This document shows, in pieces, positions 9,986 to 17,347 of a stretch of DNA of 29,003 bases. The position numbers were made by a program, and so were the translations under genes. The stretch lies in sequence record SRR31156797_362; one strand, given 5' to 3'. Under the pieces are notes generated by a model. It saw only the letters and a program-made list of their open reading frames with translations, ran no database searches and was not told the DNA's origin. The number at the start of each line of letters is the position of its first letter. The stretch's first letter is position 1.

Positions 9986-10465
9986 ATGAAAAAGTGTTGT
10001 CTGATTGCTCTCTGTGCGGCTTTTACATTGTCTTTGCTGGCTGGTTCTGCTTTGGCCGAAGGAAAACCGGGGCCAGATGCAAAAGAGTTATGGAACTATA
10101 TCACCAAGGTTGATCCATATACCGAATGGGGTTTCTGGCCGGATCATGAAGGAATGCAACCCGGTCGTGCTCCTCATGGTCCGAAACACAAGGTTTATGT
10201 GAATTCGGCTGGGTTGAATTCAAAAATGCCGCCAGTTGCATGTGGCACCATTGAGGTTAAAGAAAATTATAGCCCTGATGAAAAGCTTGCGGCCATTACA
10301 GTCATGTATAAGGTGAGTGGGTATAATCCAAGCGATGGAGACTGGTTTTGGGTGAAATATTCACCCGATGGCACGGCAGACAAGGCTGGAAAGCCGGCAG
10401 GTTGCATTGGTTGCCATGGGACGCGTGCTGCCAATGATTTTATTTTGGTGCATGAATTTAAGTAG
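9986..10465 (+). CDS. Cytochrome P460 family protein
   Basis: Signal peptide (ALA-E), KVYVN, GTIEVKENY, ITVMYK..GY.P..GDWFW, C-terminal CIGCH...DFI; SD AAGGAG. Confidence 0.85.
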   Translation: MKKCCLIALCAAFTLSLLAGSALAEGKPGPDAKELWNYITKVDPYTEWGFWPDHEGMQPGRAPHGPKHKVYVNSAGLNSKMPPVACGTIEVKENYSPDEKLAAITVMYKVSGYNPSDGDWFWVKYSPDGTADKAGKPAGCIGCHGTRAANDFILVHEFK

Positions 10466-10482
10466 CGATTTCGTAAAATCAT

Positions 10483-10520
10483 AAAAAAGAACCTGGCCAT
10501 AGGACCGGGTTCTTTTTTTT
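10483..10520. terminator. Bidirectional intrinsic terminator
   Basis: AAAAAAGAACCTGG-loop-CCGGGTTCTTTTTTTT between convergent genes. Confidence 0.8.
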
Positions 10521-10526
10521 AGGCCT

Positions 10527-10973
10527 TTAATGGCTTTTTATTTGGCTGACATCGGGTATGTCTTCCATGGATTTTCCATAATATACAAATTTTAAGATTC
10601 CATTTTTATCTATCAACATTTGGGCTGGCATTCTGCCTAATTTAATAAGACGTACTTCTTGTCCATAAAGATTCAACACAGAGTGTTTCGGGTCGGGAAG
10701 CCCGACAAAGGGAATTCTTTCTTTTTCCCAATATGTTATAAAAGATTGTGGTTTTTCAGGTCCGACAACGAGTATTTCAATGTCCAAAGCCTTGATCTGT
10801 TCGTACTCTTGACGCAACTGCGCCATGTGCTGTCGGCAGAATGGTCACAAAAAACTTCTATTGAAGACGAGCAATACATGTTTTTTTTGAGCATAATCAG
10901 ACAGAGATATTTTTTGCCCCGCTACATCCTTCAAAGTGAAGTCAGGAGCTTGTGATTCTACGGCTACCTGCAT
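10527..10973 (-). CDS. AhpC/TSA (peroxiredoxin-like, thioredoxin-fold) selenoprotein with UxxC motif, 148 aa
   Basis: ATG at 10973 with SD GAGG; MQVAVESQAPDFTLKDVAGQKISLSDYAQKKHVLLVFNRSFL-UGA(10845-10847)-PFCRQHMAQL... continues in frame into the 99-aa track ORF. Confidence 0.88.
10810..10825 (-). promoter_or_regulatory. Putative bacterial SECIS element
   Basis: mRNA UGGCGC-AGUU-GCGUCA hairpin; the loop contains GU and starts 25 nt after the UGA. Confidence 0.65.
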
Positions 10974-11266
10974 GATTTACCTCGTTTTTTCTTGTTGTTT
11001 ACCCAAATAATGAACTGTTTGTAGTTAATGAGACCACATAAAAATTTCTTGTCTTCTTTTATTCAAATATACGTAGTTACAATGGTGAATTCTTTTTCGA
11101 TATGTTTGCTTTAAAACAGGCTTTTGAAGTCTGAAATCTCCTTGACAATGGCATCAAAATATCATCATCAATCACTGCTTATTGTCAAAAGTTCGGGCGA
11201 CAACGACATTCAGATGTCTTTGAGTCTTCCATTGGGTCAACACTTCCTAACAAATATCCGAGTCTT

Positions 11267-12499
11267 ATGGGAAAGCATATCATTGAAGAGGCGAGTCGCT
11301 GCTTGCAATGCAAGAAACCGTTGTGCAGCAAGGGGTGTCCGATCAGTACCCCAATTAATGAAGTTATAAAACTCTTGCTTGACGGGAAGACATACGAAGC
11401 GGGCGAACTTTTGTTTAATAACAATCCGCTATCTGTTGTTTGTTCTCTTATCTGTCCGCATGAAAATTTCTGTGAAGGCCATTGTATTCTTGGCAAAAAG
11501 AGTTCTCCTATTCAGGTCAGTGACATCGAAAACTATATCTCCAGTTATTATCTGGAACAGCTTCAGATGAAGAAGCCCGAGCATGAGAATAATGGCAAAA
11601 AGATAGCGATAGTTGGTTCCGGTCCTGCTGGCCTAACTGTTGCCTTTATCCTTGCTTCAAAGGGGTTTGATGTGACTATTTTCGAATCCGAAGATAAGAT
11701 AGGCGGAGTCCTTCAGTACGGCATTCCCGATTTTCGTTTGCCAAAAAGCATTTTGGTCAAACTCAAGAAGATGTTGGAACGGCTGGGTGTTAAAATACGT
11801 CCCAATATGGTCATTGGTCCTATTATTACGCTCGAAGATCTTCTGCGTGATGGATACAAGGCAATCTTCATCGGGACCGGTGTGTGGAGTCCCAAGCCTT
11901 TACGTATCAAAGGTGAAACTTTGGGAACGGTCCACTACGCGATTAATTATCTCAAAAATCCTAATGTTTATTCTTTAGGCAAGCGAGTGTTTGTTATCGG
12001 CGCAGGAAATGTGGCCATGGATGTTGCCAGAACAGCCCGACGCAAGGGGGCGGAAGAGGTCACTGTCCTCTATCGCCGTGGCGAAGAAAATATGTCGGCC
12101 ACCAAATACGAGTATGAGTATGCCAAACTTGATGGTGTCGCATTTCAATTTTATACTGCACCTCTCGAAATTTTGGATGATGGTATTCGATGTGTCAAAA
12201 CTCACCTTGAGGAACAGGACGGTTCAATGCGTCTTGTTACTGAAGAGGGCAGTGAACACTTTCTTGAAGCGGACACAGTTTTTATTGCGGCCAGTCAGGC
12301 TCCGAGAGATAATTTGTCCGGTATTGAAGTCGGTAAAACAGGCCTCATCATAACCAATGAAGATGGCCGAACCACTCGGGAAGGGGTTTTTGCTTCAGGT
12401 GATGTTGTCACAGGTGCCAAGACTGTGGCTGAAGCGGTGAATCTTTCCAAACGTTCTGCACAAGCCATTATGGATTATGTCGCAACCTTGAAAGAATAA
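11267..12499 (+). CDS. GltD/NfnB/SudA-like Fe-S flavoprotein, NAD(P)-dependent oxidoreductase
   Basis: EASRCLQCKKPLCSKGCP, CSLICPHENFCEGHC, IVGSGPAGL, YGIPDFRLP, VIGAGNVAMDVAR, LYRR, VFASGDV. Confidence 0.88.
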   Translation: MGKHIIEEASRCLQCKKPLCSKGCPISTPINEVIKLLLDGKTYEAGELLFNNNPLSVVCSLICPHENFCEGHCILGKKSSPIQVSDIENYISSYYLEQLQMKKPEHENNGKKIAIVGSGPAGLTVAFILASKGFDVTIFESEDKIGGVLQYGIPDFRLPKSILVKLKKMLERLGVKIRPNMVIGPIITLEDLLRDGYKAIFIGTGVWSPKPLRIKGETLGTVHYAINYLKNPNVYSLGKRVFVIGAGNVAMDVARTARRKGAEEVTVLYRRGEENMSATKYEYEYAKLDGVAFQFYTAPLEILDDGIRCVKTHLEEQDGSMRLVTEEGSEHFLEADTVFIAASQAPRDNLSGIEVGKTGLIITNEDGRTTREGVFASGDVVTGAKTVAEAVNLSKRSAQAIMDYVATLKE

Positions 12500-12516
12500 T
12501 TCAAAATTATTGTCTC

Positions 12517-12568
12517 AAAAAAAGAACTCCCTGAAATCACAATAAGTGGTATCAGGGAGTTCTTTTTT
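12517..12568. terminator. Bidirectional intrinsic terminator
   Basis: AAAAAAAGAACTCCCTGA...TCAGGGAGTTCTTTTTT. Confidence 0.85.
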
Positions 12569-12582
12569 GTGGCTAATCATTT

Positions 12583-13989
12583 TCAATCCCTTGATATTCC
12601 GTGCTGTTTGATGAGGACATAAAATCGAGCGCGAGAAATTCCTGCGACTTCGCATGATTTTTTGACATCCCCCCCGGTTATATCAAATAGATTAAGAAGA
12701 TACCGTTTTTCCATTTCTTCATACTGAAGATTTCGATACTCTTTGAGAGTCGGGAAATCTTGTGGATCAATACGTAAGTGGTCCTGATGTTCTTCTCTAC
12801 TGATTCCTTTTTCCATATCACGACGAGCAATTTCCGCACGGATGGCACGTGGCAGGTGACGAGGGTAAAGTATCGATTCTTTGCCAGCTCGTGAAAGGGC
12901 TTGCTCAATGGTGTTTTGAAGTTCTCGGATGTTGCCTGGCCATTTATAGTTCATCAGTGCATCTAAGAAATCAGGCGAAAATCCTTTGCTCGCCATTTTA
13001 AGTCGTTTGGAATGATGCTGAATGAATTTACATGTCAATTCGTTAATGTCTTCGGTGATTGATCGAAGTGGCGGAAGTTGCATGCGGATACCGCGCAGCC
13101 GATAAAAGAGATCTCGCCGGAAGTCTGCTTTTTCAACCATGGCCTCAAGGTTTCGATTGGTTGCTGCTACAAGACGAAAATTACTCTGGATTTCCTTCAT
13201 GCCACCAACAGGACGAAAGCTTCGTCCTTCCAGTACACGCAGAAAAACTTTTTGCAGGGACATCGGCAATTCTCCTACTTCATCAAGAAAGAGAACACCG
13301 CTGTCAGCTTGTTTGACTAACCCCACGGAATTTCTATCCGCGCTAGTATATGCTCCGCGTTCATGACCAAAGAGAAGGTTCTCTGCCAAAGTGTCTGGTA
13401 GGGCAGCACAGTCAACAACAATAAAAGGATTTGCTGCTCGTTCACTGTTTTTGTGGATGGCTCGTGCGAAAAGTTCTTTGCCTGTTCCGGTTTCTCCAGT
13501 GATAAGAACATTTGCATCTGAACTTGCAGCATGCGCCAGTGTATCCAGACAAGACTGAAGCAAGCGACTATTGCCTATGATACCGGAACGCCGCAAAGAA
13601 CATCGGATGCCCCCGCTATATCGCTCTTCATGATATTCTATAACCCGTTTTATAAGAACGAGAAGTCGCTGCATATTCGGTGGTTTGGTGATGTAGTTCC
13701 ACGCACCGTTTTGAATAGCCAGTTCAGCCATGTCAGGATTTCGGCTACGGGAAATGACAATGACTTCAGGAAAGGACGGAATTTCTCTGATTGTTGCGAG
13801 GTAAGCTAGACTGTCACCATCCGCAAGATCATCTCCAAGCAGTACAGCCTTGTAGTCTCCGGTGTGAAGCAGGCCCATCGCACGTGACAATGTATCACAG
13901 TCTGCCGTCGGTAGACCGTGTGTTGCAAGAGCTTTACCCAAGGCTTGAGTAAACCTCCTGTCTCCATCAATAATGAGAATTTCGGCCAT
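12583..13989 (-). CDS. Sigma54-dependent enhancer-binding protein (NtrC-like REC-AAA+-Fis HTH) with an atypical receiver
   Basis: Start MAEILIIDGD at 13989 (SD GGGAG); Walker A GETGTGKE; GAYTSA (GAFTGA variant); LFLDEVGE; FRRDLFYRL; WPGNIREL; C-terminal HTH. The phospho-Asp position is Gly52 (VLLGDD). Confidence 0.92.
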   Translation of the reverse strand: MAEILIIDGDRRFTQALGKALATHGLPTADCDTLSRAMGLLHTGDYKAVLLGDDLADGDSLAYLATIREIPSFPEVIVISRSRNPDMAELAIQNGAWNYITKPPNMQRLLVLIKRVIEYHEERYSGGIRCSLRRSGIIGNSRLLQSCLDTLAHAASSDANVLITGETGTGKELFARAIHKNSERAANPFIVVDCAALPDTLAENLLFGHERGAYTSADRNSVGLVKQADSGVLFLDEVGELPMSLQKVFLRVLEGRSFRPVGGMKEIQSNFRLVAATNRNLEAMVEKADFRRDLFYRLRGIRMQLPPLRSITEDINELTCKFIQHHSKRLKMASKGFSPDFLDALMNYKWPGNIRELQNTIEQALSRAGKESILYPRHLPRAIRAEIARRDMEKGISREEHQDHLRIDPQDFPTLKEYRNLQYEEMEKRYLLNLFDITGGDVKKSCEVAGISRARFYVLIKQHGISRD

Positions 13990-14120
13990 GACGTAATTCT
14001 CCCTCTTCCTACAAAGAAGTCCCCACATAATTATACCATGAATTGTGCGGGAATTGTCAAATCTGTCTACATCTTGAAATTGTTGAAGAAAAAAACATAT
14101 CGTTTTGAGAGAGTTAAAAA

Positions 14121-14280
14121 GTCTCGTCTGACAAGACACACAACGCTCTTTGAAGCATGAGAGACTCTTGAGAGTCCTCGCACAATCTTTTGCAAATAAT
14201 TTCATCTTATGAATGGCAGGGGACTCTCTTCAAGGTGAGGATGTGTCTTGTTTTGCAAGACTCATCTTGTACGAGAAGAC
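14121..14280. promoter_or_regulatory. Candidate enhancer (UAS) sites, GTCT-N9-AGAC x3
   Basis: GTCTcgtctgacaAGAC (14121-14137), GTCTTGttttgCAAGAC (14245-14261), ATCTtgtacgagaAGAC (14264-14280); the last two lie about 90-125 bp upstream of the -24 element. Confidence 0.55.
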
Positions 14281-14367
14281 GTTTTAAGCCTGATTTTCAA
14301 GGGAAAACAGCATGTCTGCCAATAGACTCTCTCTCCATCAATCGAGAATATCTATACAACTCGAAAG

Positions 14368-14383
14368 CGGTACGCATCTTGTT
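14368..14383 (+). promoter_or_regulatory. Candidate sigma54 -24/-12 promoter of the hdr operon
   Basis: CGGTACGCATCTTGTT versus consensus TGGCACGNNNNTTGCW; correct GG-N10 spacing, with GT instead of GC at -12. Confidence 0.6.
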
Positions 14384-14523
14384 CTTAGAGAGCAAGTGAG
14401 AATCGTCCGGGAGTAACGCGGATATCCGGGAAAATGAATTTCCTTTTGGTTCAAGCGGGGTTGCTGATTCAAGGGCAACAATATTCAAGCGGTTCGCGTA
14501 GCGCGACACTCTCATACTCTCCA

Positions 14524-14847
14524 TGTGAACGCCCCGGAAAAGAGAAGACAAGGGAATACGGCAAGGAGGTATCACGAATGCGGCGCAAATGGGATGCACG
14601 GAAAAAAGCAAAGATCGTCTTGGAAGGCCTTATGGGAGGGTGCGTTAATGACTTGTGTCGCTCCCACGACCTGCGACCCGGACAGTATTACAAGTGGCGA
14701 GGGCAATTCCTGGAACAATGCCATCAGGTTTTTGAAAAGCGACCGAATCTGTCGAGTGAATCAGAGTTGGTGGCTGAAAATGAAGAACTCAAAAAACTGG
14801 TGGGTGAACTGACTTTGGAACTGACCAGCGGCAAGAGTAGTCGTTGA
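14524..14847 (+). mobile_element. IS3-family remnant: left-IR-like sequence plus orfA; no orfB, no right IR
   Basis: TGTGAACGCCCCGGAAAAGAGAAGACA resembles IS3-family left ends (TGAACCGCCCCGG...GAGAC type) and lies about 50 bp before an OrfA-like ORF; no DDE integrase ORF follows. Confidence 0.55.
14578..14847 (+). CDS. IS3 OrfA-like helix-turn-helix/leucine-zipper protein (89 aa), first gene of the hdr operon
   Basis: MRRKWDARKKAKIVLEGL...VNDLCRSHDL...QYYKWRGQFL...ENEELKKLVGELTLE; perfect SD AAGGAGGT; stop 22 nt before the hdrA ATG. Confidence 0.8.
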   Translation: MRRKWDARKKAKIVLEGLMGGCVNDLCRSHDLRPGQYYKWRGQFLEQCHQVFEKRPNLSSESELVAENEELKKLVGELTLELTSGKSSR

Positions 14848-14869
14848 CACGTCGAGGAATGGAGGAACC

Positions 14870-16894
14870 ATGGGCAACAAAATCGGAGTATACATCTGTC
14901 ACTGCGGTTCGAACATCGCGGGAAAGGTCGATTGCGAAGACGTGGCCAGGTATGCCGGAAAACTCAAGGACGTGGCGGTCTCTCGAGACTACCAATTCAT
15001 GTGTTCGGACCCGGGACAGGAAATGGTTATCAAGGATATCCGCGAATATGGGCTCAACAGGGTCGTCGTGGCATCCTGTTCACCGCGTCTGCATGAAAAG
15101 ACTTTTCAGAAGGCCTGTGCACGGGCTGGGTTAAATCCCTATCTCATGCAACACGCATGTATTCGGGAACATTGTTCATGGACAACCGCTGATCCGGATG
15201 AAGCGACAGCCAAGGCCAAGCATATTGTCGAAGCGGCCGTTGATAGAGTGGGCGATCACGAGAAACTCTTTTCACGCGAAGTGGATGTCCTGCCGGATGT
15301 CATGGTCGTTGGTGCTGGCATCGCCGGTATTCAGGCGTCCCTTGATATCGCCAAATCAGGACATAAGGTTCATTTGGTTGAAAAAAGTCCGTCAATTGGT
15401 GGGCATATGGCCCAGTTCGACAAGACATTTCCTACATTGGATTGTGCAGCCTGTATTTCCACTCCCAAGATGGTGGCGGTATCGCAGGAACCGAACATTA
15501 ATCTGATGACTTGGAGTGAAGTTGAGGACGTTTCCGGTTTTGTCGGGAATTATACAGTAACCGTGAAGCACAAGCCTCGGTATGTGAACGAAGCTGTCTG
15601 TACCGGCTGCGGAGCCTGTCTGGAAAAGTGTCCAACCAAAGCTTTGAACGAGTTCAACGAAGGGCTTTCCATGCGAAAGGCCATTTATCGGAATTCGCCA
15701 CAGGCCGTACCGAGTACGCCGGTCATCGATGGTTCTATCTGTAAAAAGATTACTAAAGATAAATGTGGAATATGTCAGACCATATGTCCTACTGGAGCCA
15801 TCGATTATACTATGAAGGAGACTCATGAAGTCTTTAATGTCGGTTCCATTGTACTGGCTACCGGATACGATGCCATGGACCCGACACCATTGTACGAATA
15901 CGGCTTTGGTCGATTCGACAATGTGTACACTGCGTTACAATTCGAACGGCTTAACAACGCAGTTGGTCCCACCGAGGGAAAGATTATCTTGAAGAATGGC
16001 GAGGCGCCCAAAAGTGTCGGCATAATTCATTGTGTGGGCAGCCGTGATAAAAACTATCACGAATACTGTTCGCGCACCTGTTGCATGTACGCCCTCAAAT
16101 TTGACCATCTTATCAAGGATAAAGTCGGACACGATACCAAGGTGTACAATTTTTACATTGATATGAGGTGCTTCGGCAAGGGGTACGAAGAGTTCTTCAA
16201 GCGTGTTCAAGAGGAAGGTGTGACCTTTATTCGGGGGCGTCCAGCTGAAGTTGTCGAAGAAGATGACAAGCTGGTGATCGTTGGTGAAGACACCTTACTC
16301 GGGATGAATGTGCGTGTACCTGTGGACATGGTCATTCTGTGCACTGCCATGGAAGCGCGTAAAGATGTCACTGAAGTGGCCCGTATATTTGGTGTGGCTC
16401 AAGGGCAGGATGGATTCTTCCTTGAAGAACATCCCAAGTTGGGTCCGGTTTCTACCGCGACCGATGGTGTGTTTCTTGCCGGAGCCTGTCAGGGACCAAA
16501 AGATATTCCAGATGCCGTTGCTCATGCTTCAGGTGGTGCAGCGCAAGCTCTTGCGCTTGCTGCCAAGGGGACTGTTTCCATATCTCCGACAACTTCGTGG
16601 ATCGACCCGGACGTCTGCATCGGATGCAAGGTGTGTATTAATCTGTGCCCGTACTCAGCCATTGAGTTTGACGAACGGCGACAGATATCGGTTATCAACG
16701 AAGCAATGTGTAAGGGCTGTGGCAGCTGTGCAGGGTATTGCCCAAGTGGGGCCGCGCAGATCAAGCACTTCAATCAGACTCAGATATTCAATGAAATCGA
16801 CGGAATGCTTGGCATGATGTTTGACCTTGTGCCTCCTGAGGCCGAGGGACAAAGAGCTGAGGCAGTCAGTGATAATCAACCGGGCGAAGCCTAG
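14870..16894 (+). CDS. hdrA: Heterodisulfide reductase subunit A
   Basis: IGVYICHCG, VVASCSPRLHE, IREHCSW, VGAGIAG, DKTFPTLDCAAC, inserted ferredoxin, QFER, HCVGSRD..CSRTCCMYALK, C-terminal 2x[4Fe-4S]. Confidence 0.95.
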   Translation: MGNKIGVYICHCGSNIAGKVDCEDVARYAGKLKDVAVSRDYQFMCSDPGQEMVIKDIREYGLNRVVVASCSPRLHEKTFQKACARAGLNPYLMQHACIREHCSWTTADPDEATAKAKHIVEAAVDRVGDHEKLFSREVDVLPDVMVVGAGIAGIQASLDIAKSGHKVHLVEKSPSIGGHMAQFDKTFPTLDCAACISTPKMVAVSQEPNINLMTWSEVEDVSGFVGNYTVTVKHKPRYVNEAVCTGCGACLEKCPTKALNEFNEGLSMRKAIYRNSPQAVPSTPVIDGSICKKITKDKCGICQTICPTGAIDYTMKETHEVFNVGSIVLATGYDAMDPTPLYEYGFGRFDNVYTALQFERLNNAVGPTEGKIILKNGEAPKSVGIIHCVGSRDKNYHEYCSRTCCMYALKFDHLIKDKVGHDTKVYNFYIDMRCFGKGYEEFFKRVQEEGVTFIRGRPAEVVEEDDKLVIVGEDTLLGMNVRVPVDMVILCTAMEARKDVTEVARIFGVAQGQDGFFLEEHPKLGPVSTATDGVFLAGACQGPKDIPDAVAHASGGAAQALALAAKGTVSISPTTSWIDPDVCIGCKVCINLCPYSAIEFDERRQISVINEAMCKGCGSCAGYCPSGAAQIKHFNQTQIFNEIDGMLGMMFDLVPPEAEGQRAEAVSDNQPGEA

Positions 16895-16903
16895 GAGGCA
16901 GTG

Positions 16904-17329
16904 ATGAGTAGTGAATTTGAACCGACCATTCTGGCCTTTGTCTGCAATTGGTGCACCTACACCGCAGCAGATCTCGCCGGAACGTCGAGAATGGTACAAC
17001 AGCCAAATTTACGATTAGTACGCGTTATGTGTACCGGCATGGTGGACCCTAAGTACATTGTGAAGTCGCTCCTTTCCGGGGCTGACGGAGTGCTTGTCAG
17101 TGGGTGTCATCCCGGTGATTGCCATTATATCAACGGCAACTACAAAGCCCGGCGTCGGGTTAAGCTTCTCAATGAAATCCTGCCTCAGTTTGGTGTTGAA
17201 CGGGAGCGCGTCAAGCTGACTTGGGTGGGAGCGAGTGAAGGGAATGAATTTGCGGAAACGGTAAATTCTTTCATTAACGAAATCAGAGAACTCGGTCCCA
17301 TGGAAGCGCGTTCCATGGCCGTGGTTTAG
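16904..17329 (+). CDS. mvhD: MvhD/FlxD [2Fe-2S] subunit
   Basis: FVCNWCTYTAADLAG, RVMCTG, GADGVLVSGCHPGDCHY; SD AGGAGG. Confidence 0.93.
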   Translation: MSSEFEPTILAFVCNWCTYTAADLAGTSRMVQQPNLRLVRVMCTGMVDPKYIVKSLLSGADGVLVSGCHPGDCHYINGNYKARRRVKLLNEILPQFGVERERVKLTWVGASEGNEFAETVNSFINEIRELGPMEARSMAVV

Positions 17330-17347
17330 ACACTGGGAGGTGGCGAC

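Noticed and set aside
10527-10826. 99-aa ORF read as a truncated gene or pseudogene
   Set aside because: It is the C-terminal part of the UGA-readthrough selenoprotein starting at 10973.
11102-11266. In-frame ATG...TGA extension upstream of the GltD-like gene as a third selenoprotein
   Set aside because: No Cys-motif context, no convincing SECIS, no SD; the translation does not resemble a known domain.
13990-14205. N-terminal extensions from the ORF track (EBP; likewise 18399, 21928, 14434, 27264)
   Set aside because: Downstream ATGs have SD sequences and coincide with domain starts; the extensions overlap regulatory DNA or neighbouring genes.
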